Assembly: GCF_006345805.1 (NCBI RefSeq)
Contig: NC_042997.1
Span: 111,042,001 to 111,106,000 of the forward strand
Direction: 5' to 3'
Length of the DNA: 64,000 nt
Source of the DNA: Octopus sinensis
Lineage: Eukaryota
Of the stretch, positions 53,311 through 64,000 are shown piece after piece. The notes under the pieces are model-generated. The model did no database searches and was not told the origin of the DNA. It worked only from the letters and a program-made list of their open reading frames with translations. Numbering within the stretch: position 1 is the stretch's first letter; the number at the start of each line of letters is the position of its first letter. A program made the translations under genes and the position numbers.

Positions 53311-53741
53311 TAAAGGGTAATATATATATATATATATATTCACAATTTAGGTGAATCTTCAAATTCCTCTTGCTACTGTTAATAGAATTATAGTATAATT
53401 CAAAAGTCAAAGAAAAGAATCAACAGATTCTCGTTCTGGCCAACATGGGCTCTTGGAAAGGAAGCTTCGCTGTTTGAAGAGAATCTGTGGAAAACGAATC
53501 CCATTTAAAAGCTTCACTATTTGAAGAGAATTTGTGGAAAATGAATCCCATTCAAAGTATTCTGACATTGCAAAACAACTAGAAGTTACTCCAAGAACAT
53601 GTGTTGCATATCTTCTTGCATGACATTGACTGATTTACGCAACTAGATCACCCAATTGAGATAAACAACAGAGTTCGTTCAGAGTTCAGACATTATATGA
53701 TGATGATGATGATTTTATGTATATATATATATATATATATA

Positions 53742-54042
53742 TATGAATTTGTACGAAGTGTAATGATGCTTAAAAAGCATACTCCTGCTAGAAATAAGAG
53801 CTAAAGTCTTAAATTAATCCACTGTACAGCACCAAGATTACAGAGAAAAACGGTCAGTTTAGGACATAAACTGCGTACTATTTTATTTTATGCTGTTGAA
53901 TGTATTAATTCTTTCCATTTTCCTCACATACTGCTTTTCTCTGTAATCTTGGTGCTGCACAGTGGATTAATTTAAGACTTTAGCTCTTATTTCTAGCAGG
54001 TGTATGCATTTTAAGCATCATGACACTTTGTGCAAATTTATA
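53742..54042. repeat. Fold-back element: ~108-bp inverted arms, ~85-nt spacer
   Basis: 53742-53849 pairs with 53935-54042, including a long near-perfect core ctgctagaaataagagctaaagtcttaaattaatccactgt.cagcaccaagattacagagaaaa. Confidence 0.9.
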
Positions 54043-54072
54043 ATTCAAAGCTCTATTTCGCCAGCAATCCAC

Positions 54073-54953
54073 TTAGTTAGTTAGTTAGTTAGTTAATTTG
54101 GCTCAAAAGCAAATAGCAAGGCCATGTAGGGGGACATGGAGTTAAGTACAGGGTGGTGTTCATGTAAAGAGTTCAGGCCACTTGAGGTCCAGGGAGGCTT
54201 TGAACAAAGCGGTTGTCGGCATCTTCACCATCTCGTCTGGCAGCTTGTTCCACAGATCCGCAACCCGGACGGAGAAAGCTCCTCTCCTTCGATTGAGATG
54301 AAATCGTCGCAGGTAGAGCTTTTCGGAATGACCCCGCAGCCGACGCTCCGGAGCAGGAGTGAAGAACAGCTCTTTCGAGAGGTTACACTTCCCGCTTATG
54401 ATGTTGTGGGCGAGAATGAGATCACCACGGCGGCGGCGTTTTTCAAGAGAATAAAGGTCGAGCGTCCTCAGCCTTTCTTCGTAGGACAATTTTTGAGACC
54501 ATGAACCATGCGGGTAGCCAGCCTCTGGACTCTTTCGAGATGCTGTATGTCTTTGAGGAGATAAGGAGAAGAGGCTTGAATCCCATACTCCAATATGGGT
54601 CTCACCAGCGTGACATAGAGTGGTAGGAATATGGCTGCTGTGAGCATTCCGAATGACCGTCGAATCAAAAACAGAATTCCGCGCGCTTTGTTGGCAGCAT
54701 GGACGCACTGGGCCGAAGGCGAAAAGGAGGAATCCACCAAGATACCCAGGTCCTTTACCTGATCGGTCCTCTCCAGCAGCAGACGACCCGGCTCGAAATC
54801 AAGTTGAGTTGCAGGAGTAGAGCCGACAGGCAGATGATAGCACTTTGACACGTTCAGACACAGGTCCCAATCGTTAGACCACTTCCAAATTTGGTGGAGG
54901 CATCGACGAAGATCCTCTATACTACCGCAAGGAGCGACCAGTTTGATATGTCA
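54073..54953 (-). mobile_element. 5'-truncated young CR1-clade LINE with (TAAC)n tail
   Basis: DIKLVAPC...WDLCLNVSKC...VKDLGILVDSSFSPSAQC...LYVTLVRPILEYG...LERVQRLATRMV, one frameshift near 54485, then LSYEERLRTLDLYSLEKRRRRGDLI...FSVRVADLWNKLP. The ttag repeats lie at 54073-54096. Confidence 0.92.
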
Positions 54954-55056
54954 CTGCTGGTGATATCAATTTTAGACTTTATCCACAGATGATATGAACA
55001 GTAGTGACATCTTATTTCAAATCTTAGTGTTTGAATGTTTTGCTTATATATATATT

Positions 55057-55090
<34 letters not shown>

Positions 55091-55098
55091 TGTGTATA

Positions 55099-55160
<62 letters not shown>

Positions 55161-55569
55161 CATGCCAAACTTTTTTCAGTTTTCCTCTACCAAATCAATT
55201 CACAATGCTTTGGTCAGCTCACTTGCCCAAGATATTGTACAATGGGGCCGAACCTGAAACCACATGGTTGGGAAGCAAGCTTCTTAACCACACAACTACA
55301 CCTGTGCCTCTAAAATGTGTGCATGCACATGTGTGTGCTTGATGTACTTTGTTGTAGATTTTCCTCAAGTCAGGCATCCTTGTTGCCAACCTTCAACTGT
55401 TTTCAAGTCTGGTAATGTTTTTTCTCCAAGGCTGGATGTGTTTTGACAGATGACTGGAAATGAAGGCTGACACTTGTATGAAGGTGACACTCATTTCTCT
55501 CTGTTGCTTAAACCCTAAATGAGGAGGCATAAACATTGCTGCACATTATAATCATATCTCAAGCAAATA

Positions 55570-56400
55570 AAATAACAGGAAATATATGCATGTATATGAA
55601 ATGACTATGAAATATATGCATCTATATGAAATGGCATGAAATATATGCTTGTATATGAAATGGCATGAAATATATGCATGCATATGAAATGGCATGAAAT
55701 ATATGCTTGTATATGAAATGGCATGAAATATATGCTTGTATATGAAATGGCATGAAATATATGCATGCATATGAAATGGCATGAAATATATGCTTGTATA
55801 TGAAATGGCATGAAATATATGCTTGTATATGAAATAGCACGAAATAAATGCATGTATATGAAATGGCATGAAATATATACATGTATATGAAATGGCATGA
55901 AATATATACATACATATGAAATGATATGAAATATATGCATGTATACGAAATGGTATGAAATATATGCATGCATATGAAATGACATGAAATATATGCAAGC
56001 ATATGGAACAACATGTAATATATGCGTCTATGAAGTGACATGAAATATATGCATATATATGAAAAGACATGAAATATATGCATGCATATGAAATAGCATG
56101 AAATATATGCATGTATATGAAATGGCATGATATATATGCATGTATACGAAATGGTATGAAATATATGCTTGTATATGAAATGGCATGAAATACATGTATG
56201 CATATGAAATGGCATGAAATATATGCATGAATATGAAATGGTATGAAATATATGCATGTATACGAAATTGTATAAAATATATGCATGCATATGAAACGAC
56301 ATGAAATATATGCATGTATATGAAATGACATGAAATATATGCATGTATATGAAATGGTATGAAATATAAGCATGCATATGAAATGGTATGAAATATATGC
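55570..56400. repeat. 29-bp minisatellite (ATATGAAATGGCATGAAATATATGCWTGT), roughly 28 copies
   Basis: Period checked at 55624 and 55653. Confidence 0.92.
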
Positions 56401-57076
56401 CCATTACTTTTATCTCTATCTTCCAATGCATTGTTTGCATAAATGCATTTGTATATGAAGCATAATTTTCACCGCTAGCTCTAAATTCTAAAGAAAAGTC
56501 GGCAGAGACAACTTTAAAAGTCATTGAATCCCACAACTAACACAGGTAGGACATAATATTGAGTAATAAACCCTGAATATATTTGGTAGTTTATTATGGT
56601 TGCTAAATGAAAGATGATCTCCCTACAAACAATTGATATTTAAGATTTTGGTAAAGTAATAATTATATTTATCAGATTCTTAAATATATTGCTTTAAAGA
56701 ATAGTTTTAATGTAATTAATTATTACCTCGTTAAGGATTAGCATGTTGATAAACAGTTCTGTTACCAGAAACATGACAATGGTGGAATATTCCTTCCTCA
56801 ATTTTATCAATGACTAAGTGGTTGCCATTGACAACAAATCTGCTGTGACTGCTTTATTGATTGGTTTTATTGTTGTTTTTGAAATTCTCAACCCAGATCT
56901 TCAATTTGATATTATCCATAGAGATATGGTAACTATGGGCCTGCTGTAGATTCCATTTGATTTTCCTTCCCCAAGCAATATCACAATGACTCATCGGAGG
57001 AAATGTTGATTTTATTTCTTTGCTGGACCTCATATATATTAAGCCTCAATGTTTAATTTTAGGGTCCATTCATTGT

Positions 57077-57730
57077 TTAACCCTTCTGGGACCATATTTC
57101 TACTGAAATACACTGATTTTGTTTCAATTAGTTTGTTAGGGTTTGTGTTGTTTTGTTGGCTGTTTGCTGCCCTTAGGAGGTGGCAACAGGTTGAATTCAT
57201 GAATGAAAATGTGTTTCTTGGGCTGCGCGAGGAAGTAACTGAATGTCACCCGCAGACATTTAACAGAAGATTTTATTGTCGCACATAAAGACAAACTGCA
57301 TTGGTCTTTTATTGATAACATCAGCAATAATTACCGACTGGGAGAGAAGGAAAAACCATGCAGCGTTTGAAGAAGTTACTTATGAGCCTTAGAGTGAATG
57401 TTTAATTTTAGTCTGTCCAAGAACCTGGAGAAGTCTGCAGAAATATCTGGAACTGTATGATGTGACAAGAATGGAGGCACATATTACTCAACTGCCTCAA
57501 CATTTTGCATGGCAAGAGGTGAGATGTGTGAATGAGTCACCCACTCTTAATGCTCTGCAAAGAACTTAGGTGCCAAAAGTGGCTTTATATGAGGCACAAG
57601 AAGATTCTAGAAGAGTGAATCACATGACTGCTTGACACCTAATGGTTGCTTAAATGACCGATCATGTGAAGCAACTGTGGTTTATTTGTGATGTATGACA
57701 GGGTACCTAGTGGTTTGGTTTCAAATCACT
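57077..57730 (+). repeat. Dispersed repeat homologous to 9550-10080, preceded by a TTAACCCT (piggyBac-like) end
   Basis: See the 9550 entry; ttaacccttctg also occurs at ~57833. Confidence 0.5.
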
Positions 57731-58945
57731 GCAACAAGTTTTTAAAATAATGAAGAATTTAGTAATATAATTGAATTATTACTAAAAGCTGGTGAAATTG
57801 TTTTGAGAGGAAGATTTTAATTAAGATCACTTTAACCCTTCTGTTACCATATTTCTGTTGAAATCCACAGTTTTTGCTTCAACTGATTTTGAAAATAACT
57901 TTCTCATTATTAATCTGGTGTTAAGAACATAATTTTACATGAAATTTTGATGGAATGTTTTAATTTAGATCTCTTTAACACTAGCAGTTTATATCATGGC
58001 ATGAGGGGTGGTCACAGATGGATTGGTTTCAATCAAAAGATGAAAGGGTTTCATGATAACTGAGTTTCTATCTCTCAGTCACTGATGATTCATAGTTGGA
58101 ACAATCAGTGAATGCATTTGAAACATCATTAAATTTAAATAGCCATCTGCATATTATACTAAATGTAAAAACACCATTAAAAGACATGATGCTGTGGCTT
58201 TTGTTTGAGAGAAAATCTCTTTAGAGACATGTGTTGAAAACACAAAATGTATGAAAGAGAGATGAACATTGTCTCAGTAGTGACTCACTTGGCTTTCTTG
58301 GGCCTCGTCAATGTAGTGCACCTATTTATCATTTGCTAAAATGAAATTTGTGCTTGATATATAGGAAAGAGTACATAAAACATTCACTGATATTGCAGAA
58401 AGCCTGCCAGGCTGTAATACATTCAGTGTATGCAACTGAAACAGTATTAAATTAGGATAGCCAGCTGTGCATCATATCTTAAATATATACACACCACTGA
58501 GCAGCATGATGCCATGGTTTTGCCTGAGGGAAAACCTATTCACTGATAAACATTGTGTTAAAGACACAATGTTTAGCAGTGCAGGCTGAATATCATCCCA
58601 GCACTGACTGATGAGAGCGCCAAATGTGTTTCAGCCTTCATGGGTCTTATCAGTGATGTTTGCTCTGTGGTCACATGCCAAAACGAAATTTGTCTCTCCC
58701 TCTTCTTCATCATCGTCCATAATTTTGAATCTGGGTTTTGTCTCCTGTTAACAGGGGTGACCAGATCTACCTCAATGTCATAGCAATTGCCCTCACACTA
58801 TCTTGTCATCTTGCCTGGTTTTGGGCATCTTCCCTTCTCAAGCCAATCCTCCTAATCTCTTCCTCCACCTGTCCCTCCCACATTTTCCTCAGTCTACCTT
58901 GCATTCCCCATCCAGTCATCTATTTGTTTTTCTGTAAATTTCAAC

Positions 58946-58980
<35 letters not shown>

Positions 58981-59255
58981 GTGTATATGTATGTATGTAT
59001 GTATGTATATATATATGTTTGTATGTATATATATATATGTGTATATATATATATACATACATATACACATACATACATGCATATATATATACGCATATAA
59101 ATATATGTGTATATATATACGCATATATATATATATATATATATGCATATATATATATATGGATATATATATATATTTACAGAAAACAAAAGACAAAGGC
59201 AGGTGAGGGAACAACTAGCAGGTGTATTAGTTTGACGCTAGGGAAGAATGGAAAA

Positions 59256-59293
59256 GTCTTTGATGTTTTGAGCCTATGCTCTTCAGCAGAAAT
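59256..59293 (-). ncRNA. Degenerate hammerhead-like motif, same family as 28955
   Basis: Minus strand: ttt CTGCTGA a gagc-atag-gctc AAA ACAT C aaagac. Core is mutated. Confidence 0.35.
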
Positions 59294-60020
59294 GGATGAA
59301 AAGAAAAGAAATGGAGAGAGAAAAAAAGTGTAGGGATAAACTGCTTAACATATGTATACATATATAAACATTCTATACAATGTAAAGTGGTTGGCATTAG
59401 TTAATCCTGGTTTTTACCATTTTAAATATTTAGTTCTGTATTAATTGAGAAATTTAGCACCTCTTCTATTCAAAATTTCCAATCTGTAACTACTGTCATG
59501 TGCAAGTATAAAGCTGTATTGAATTTATTCTCTGAAAGACTCAAAGAGTTTTTCACTTGAAATTGCTGAAGGAAAAGAAGACAATAAAACTTTTTGTTTT
59601 GATCTTAACAATAATTTCTACATTGTCTCTGATTGTTAAGGTTTTAGAAACTTCTGGAGCTGCTAAGCCAGTAAGCAAGATCTGTTTCAAGTTGTAAGAC
59701 CTTTAGATCTAGTCAACAGTTTTCCATGTTTTTCTAAGTGATCAAGATTACAGCATTCCATCTGCATGGGATGTCATTCCATCGCAGGTGTAACAATTAA
59801 GTTTAACATCAAGACACAGTGGAGAAAGGAATGAGTGAAGAAGAATCTTAACTGCTGATCCAAATGGCCATTTGTCTATTTGATTCTGGTGATGGTACAT
59901 TATCGAAAACACAAAGTTGTTTGCATACACAAGTTATTTGTTGATCTTCAGTTCAATCTGTGTGAGAGTTATTAGTTTCATCACTGTGGTTATTAGAGAG
60001 AGAGAAAGTGTAAGACAGTC

Positions 60021-60290
60021 ATATGGCGAAGTGGTTAAGAGCGCAGACTACTAACCCCAAGATTCCGAGTTCGATTCCAGACAGTGACCTGAATGATGAT
60101 GACGATGACAACGACGACAACATCGGAAAATACCTTAGGAATGAGAACCCAGGTTCAAAATTTCCCCAAGACACCTGATGAAAGCTGGACAGTATATCAG
60201 CCAAAACGTTGTGTTAACAAACAAACAAATGAGGACAAAAATACATCAAATGTAAATAATGTAAATAAAATAAATAATGTAATAATTCCT
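60021..60290 (+). mobile_element. tRNA-headed non-autonomous element carrying a minimal hammerhead
   Basis: A box tggcgaagtgg (60024), B box gagttcgattcc (60067), (GAT/GAC)n linker, then gacac CTGATGA a agctg-loop-cagcc AAA ACGT T gtgtt (60170-60215). Confidence 0.75.
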
Positions 60291-62002
60291 CATCTCTTAA
60301 ATATAGAACAGTCAAAAGAAGTAGAAACAGTAAGGATTGCATTGTCCTTCGCATAAAAGTGATGCTTTTACATTGGTACCAGAAGAAAGATAGATGTATC
60401 CTCTTGGTAAGCACCTAATTACCAAAGAGCTGAACAGATATTTGGTTGTGTATTTATATTCTTCGGAACTAAATAAGGTCAAGCGAAAACAAATGACCTC
60501 TCCTCTCTAATCAGCTTTGACCAATGAATGCCTTGAGAAAGATCAAGAAGTCAGCTTATTCTCATAAATTTCTTACTGCAACAGGCTAAGACAATAGGCC
60601 AAGGAGTTGTAGCTAAACGTAGATTCGATTTTGAATCCTGGCTCAGAAATATGGTAGCTGTTTGCTACATAGAGCAAACCCATTTACAGCCGAGTGGACT
60701 GGAGCAATGTGAAATAAAGTGTTTTGCTCAAGAACACAACACACTGCCTGGTCTGGGATTTGAAACTACATTCTTATGAATGTGAGTGCAACACTCTAAC
60801 CACTTGGCCACATGGCTTTATTTTTGACCTTTTTAAAAAAATCAAAAATTTCAACTCTCAGACTTATAAAAGACCCCTTTGATATTGTTCTGAAGATTAA
60901 GAATGATACCAAAAAAGAAAAAAACGAAAAAAGAAAAAAATAGCAAGAAAATTCAAGAGATGTCTATTATTTGCTGGTGATTCTTGGAAATAGATGCCAA
61001 AGCAAGAGAATGGCTGCAGTCTTGGAGAATGAAAGCTATTATTAACTTCACAGAATAAATTTACTGTGATTTCATAGCCATTTATGTTGTTGTTGTTGCT
61101 GCTGCTTCAGTATGAACCATTCCACTAATAATGACAGATTGCCATTCCATATTTAACTCAAATTCTTTCATGTTCCATTTTCCAAAGCTTTGATGTCGTA
61201 TCTTTTACATCCCATAAAAAAATCATCGTTCAAGAAACATCTCCACTCGTTCACATTTTCTCTCGTAATTATATTTTATAATTATTTTTATAATTACACA
61301 GATATTGGATGTCAACATTTCCTGCTGTGAGTGACTTCACAAAATATCTTTTACATATTGTAGACGACTTTCCTTATTATATATTCCTTACCATATTATG
61401 GCACCAATTCATCTTGTTTGTGCCTAATTAATACATTTATGTCATAATAATAATAATAATAAGACATTCTGACGAAATCTACTTCTCTACAAATTAATTT
61501 TATAGTTACTTGACACAGTAATGTTCAAGAATAATTAGGAAATTTGGTTTCCATGGCTGCCAATACATTTCCATCAAAGACACATTGGTTTAGATTATGC
61601 AACTCTACATATTGCACATAACGGTAAAAATTTTATGAAATCTGTAGTCACATAAAATCTTTGTGTCCACTCCTTAATCTTCAGAACTTCTAAATACAGC
61701 CCAAAGCATTGTCTTAGCTTAATCTCTGATGCTTAGAAGGTAAAAAAAAAATGGTATTTCAAAAGATTGGAATGTCTGTTGGATTATCATGGTAAACATA
61801 ATTCTGATAGGTGCCAACACGACTGTGCAATTGAGAAATTTGCTTCCCAAAGATTCAGTTTTGAGTTCGGTCCCACTGTATGGCACTTTCGGTGTCTTTT
61901 ACAACGGATCTAGCCTGAACAAAACCTTGTAAGTGGATTTGTTAGATGGAAACTGAAAGAAGCCCATCATATATATGTGCATGTGTAGGTGTATGTGCGA
62001 TG

Positions 62003-62033
<31 letters not shown>

Positions 62034-62049
62034 TATATACATATACACG

Positions 62050-62079
<30 letters not shown>

Positions 62080-62080
<1 letters not shown>

Positions 62081-62490
62081 CATTATTGTCATTTAACGTC
62101 CGCTTTCCATGCTAGCATGGGTTGGACGATTTGACTGAGGGCTGGCAAGCCAGAAGGCTGCACCAGGCTCCAATCTGATCTGGCATTGTTTCTACAGCTG
62201 GATGCCCTTCCTAACACCAACCATTCTGAGAGTGTAGTGGGTGCTTTTATGTGCCAACAGCATGAGGGCCAGTCAGGCGGTACTGGCATCGACCACGCTT
62301 AAATGGTGCTTTTTATGTGCCACCTGCATGGAAGCCAGTCTGGCAGCACTGACATAGGCCACGGTTATGGTCTCACTCAGCTTGCCGGGACTTCTCAAGT
62401 ACAGCATATCTCCAAAGGTCTCAGTCACTTGTCATTATCTTGGTGAAGCCCAATGTTCAAAGGTCGTGCTTCACCACCTCAACCCAGGTC
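62080..62490 (-). mobile_element. Family B SINE with RTE-derived tail
   Basis: Reverse complement of the family B consensus. Confidence 0.8.
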
Positions 62491-62699
62491 TTCTTATATA
62501 TATATATGTATATAATCTTCAGAGGTTTTGGGGCACCAGGTTTTTGGGATCTAACAATACACCATAAAGCTAAACCCTTTATGGATGGGAAACCTAAGGT
62601 AAACCCATAAACCAGCCTTCTCTAGTTTTGCTATATATCAATATATATAGTTTGAAATTATACAAAAAGCACTCTTAAATTCTATTTGGCTGTTTCCCT

Positions 62700-63905
62700 T
62701 TATATATTTGTAGATGGGGTTACTGCAGATCCCACTTCTACTATCTCCACATTCTTTCACAAAGAATTCGGTTTTATTCTCTGATGAGAATTTTGCTCTT
62801 GTCAGTTGTTTCTTCAGGTTTTTCTCTTAGAGTTTACTGTTTCTTATGCAGTATTTGTTTAATAAGTTTCCCATTTTGGGGCTTTGTAGGACTATTGGTA
62901 AGTTTGATTGTATAATTTGTAACATGTTGGTAACTCCAGGGTTGTGTGTGTTTATGAATGGGATGATGTTTTCTTTGCTTTCCTTTTTTGGAGTTCTGAG
63001 TTGTGTGATATCCAGTTTCATTGCTCTTGAGATTCCGTTTTCTATTAGTTTGAGTGGATATTTCTGTTCTAGTAGGAAGTTTTTAAGTTCATCTAGTCTT
63101 ATTTGGCGTGTTTGTGAGTCAGCCACTGTGCTGCAGGTGTGTCTTGTCATACTATATGGAATGTTTCTTTTTATGTGGGATGGGTGGCAGGAGTAGAAAT
63201 TTAAATATTGGTGTGTGTTGGTTTTTTATTATAATAGATATCTGTTGTGATGATGGAGTTGTGTATCTTGACGTTGATGTCTTGAAAGGGAAGTTTGTTA
63301 AAGCTGGTTTCTGTTGTAAAGTTGATAGATGTGTGCAGTGTGTTGAGGATGTTGTGGAATGTTCATAGATCTTCTTCTGATCTGTTCCAAAAGATGATGC
63401 AGTCATCGAGGTAGCGTTTCCACTTTTTCTTAATGTCTTCTCTGAAGTCGTGTTCGAAGATTTTCCCTATTTCCTCGTATAGTTTGTTCTCAAGGAAACC
63501 TATAACCAGGTTGGCATATGAAGGTGCGAATTTCGTACCCATAGCCATACCCTTTATCTGTCGGTATGTCTTGTTAAATGTGAATGTGTTTTCTTCAAGT
63601 ATTAATTGGGTGGCTTTGGTGATAAAGTCTGTTTTGAAGCATTTATCTATGAATTCCTTGTAGTTTTCTACATAGTGTTTTACTACCTCCAGACCCAGGG
63701 TGTGTTGTATGTGTGTGTATAAGTTTGTGACATCGAAGCTTGCAAGTATGGTGTTTTAAGGAACCATATTTGGAATGTGTTTGAGAAAGTCTATGTCATC
63801 CCTTAAGTAGCTTGGTATCAGTGGGCATAAAGATTTGAGGAGTACATCTATGAAGTGATTTAGTTGTTTTGGTGATATATATATATAAAACCCTCCTTCC
63901 CTTTT
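62700..63905 (-). mobile_element. Penelope-like element ORF (RT core, thumb, linker), disrupted by stops and frameshifts
   Basis: IPSYLRDDIDFLKHIP; AMGTKFAPSYANLVIGFLE...WKRYLDDCIIFW; RLDELKNFLLEQKYPLKLIENGISRA...IIPFINTHNP; NLKKQLTRAKF. Confidence 0.92.
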
Positions 63906-64000
63906 ATCTGCCTCCCACACATAAACGGTGACTGACTTTCTATCTTCCACCTTTTTCCCACTGGTCAACCATTTTTCTCCTCTCTTCTCAATTCTGTTCT

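Noticed and set aside
55552-56536. ORFs of 273 and 304 aa (H/I/Y/F-rich)
   Set aside because: They are translations of the 29-bp minisatellite and open in several frames at once.
57410-57525. Open exon-like segment CPRTWRSLQKYLELYDVTRMEAHITQLPQHFAWQE|gtgag
   Set aside because: It falls inside the dispersed repeat homologous to 9550-10080, where the frame is not kept.
60021-60095. tRNA gene (also 32726-32798 and the heads of SINE families A, C and D)
   Set aside because: A/B boxes are present, but the acceptor stem is incomplete and each is fused to a repeated body. These are SINE heads, not tRNA genes.

Overview
AT-rich, microsatellite- and transposon-dense animal genomic DNA. The SINE families, (TA)n/(CA)n/(GAT)n arrays and RTE/Penelope fragments look like an Octopus genome; this is recognition from memory, not a database result. 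The only protein-coding gene I can support is the 5' end of a minus-strand PPP4R1-like gene (PP4 regulatory subunit 1). Its exons are 5726-5720, 5638-5594 and 500-389, giving MADINYYRVVLEDTSESRGCRVEDGNCEENYFSDDNLTALQKLEKYIDSDNAFSR, and the gene runs off the left edge. There is a possible alternative first exon (MND..., 3104-3095) and a CpG-containing, probably bidirectional promoter at ~5700-5900. The remaining ~57 kb is mostly repeats: tRNA-derived and RTE-related SINEs, mariner/Tigger/hAT MITEs, RTE, CR1, R4/Dong-type and Penelope-like retroelement fragments, several long fold-back inverted repeats, a 29-bp minisatellite and a 3.3-kb tandem duplication (possibly an assembly artefact). A divergent plus-strand gene with very short exons may cross this region, but it is not established. 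The most interesting non-coding signal is a set of six hammerhead-ribozyme-like motifs. Two of them sit in a non-autonomous element that joins a tRNA-like Pol III head to a Penelope-type minimal hammerhead. Almost all long ORFs in the supplied track are microsatellite or antisense artefacts.
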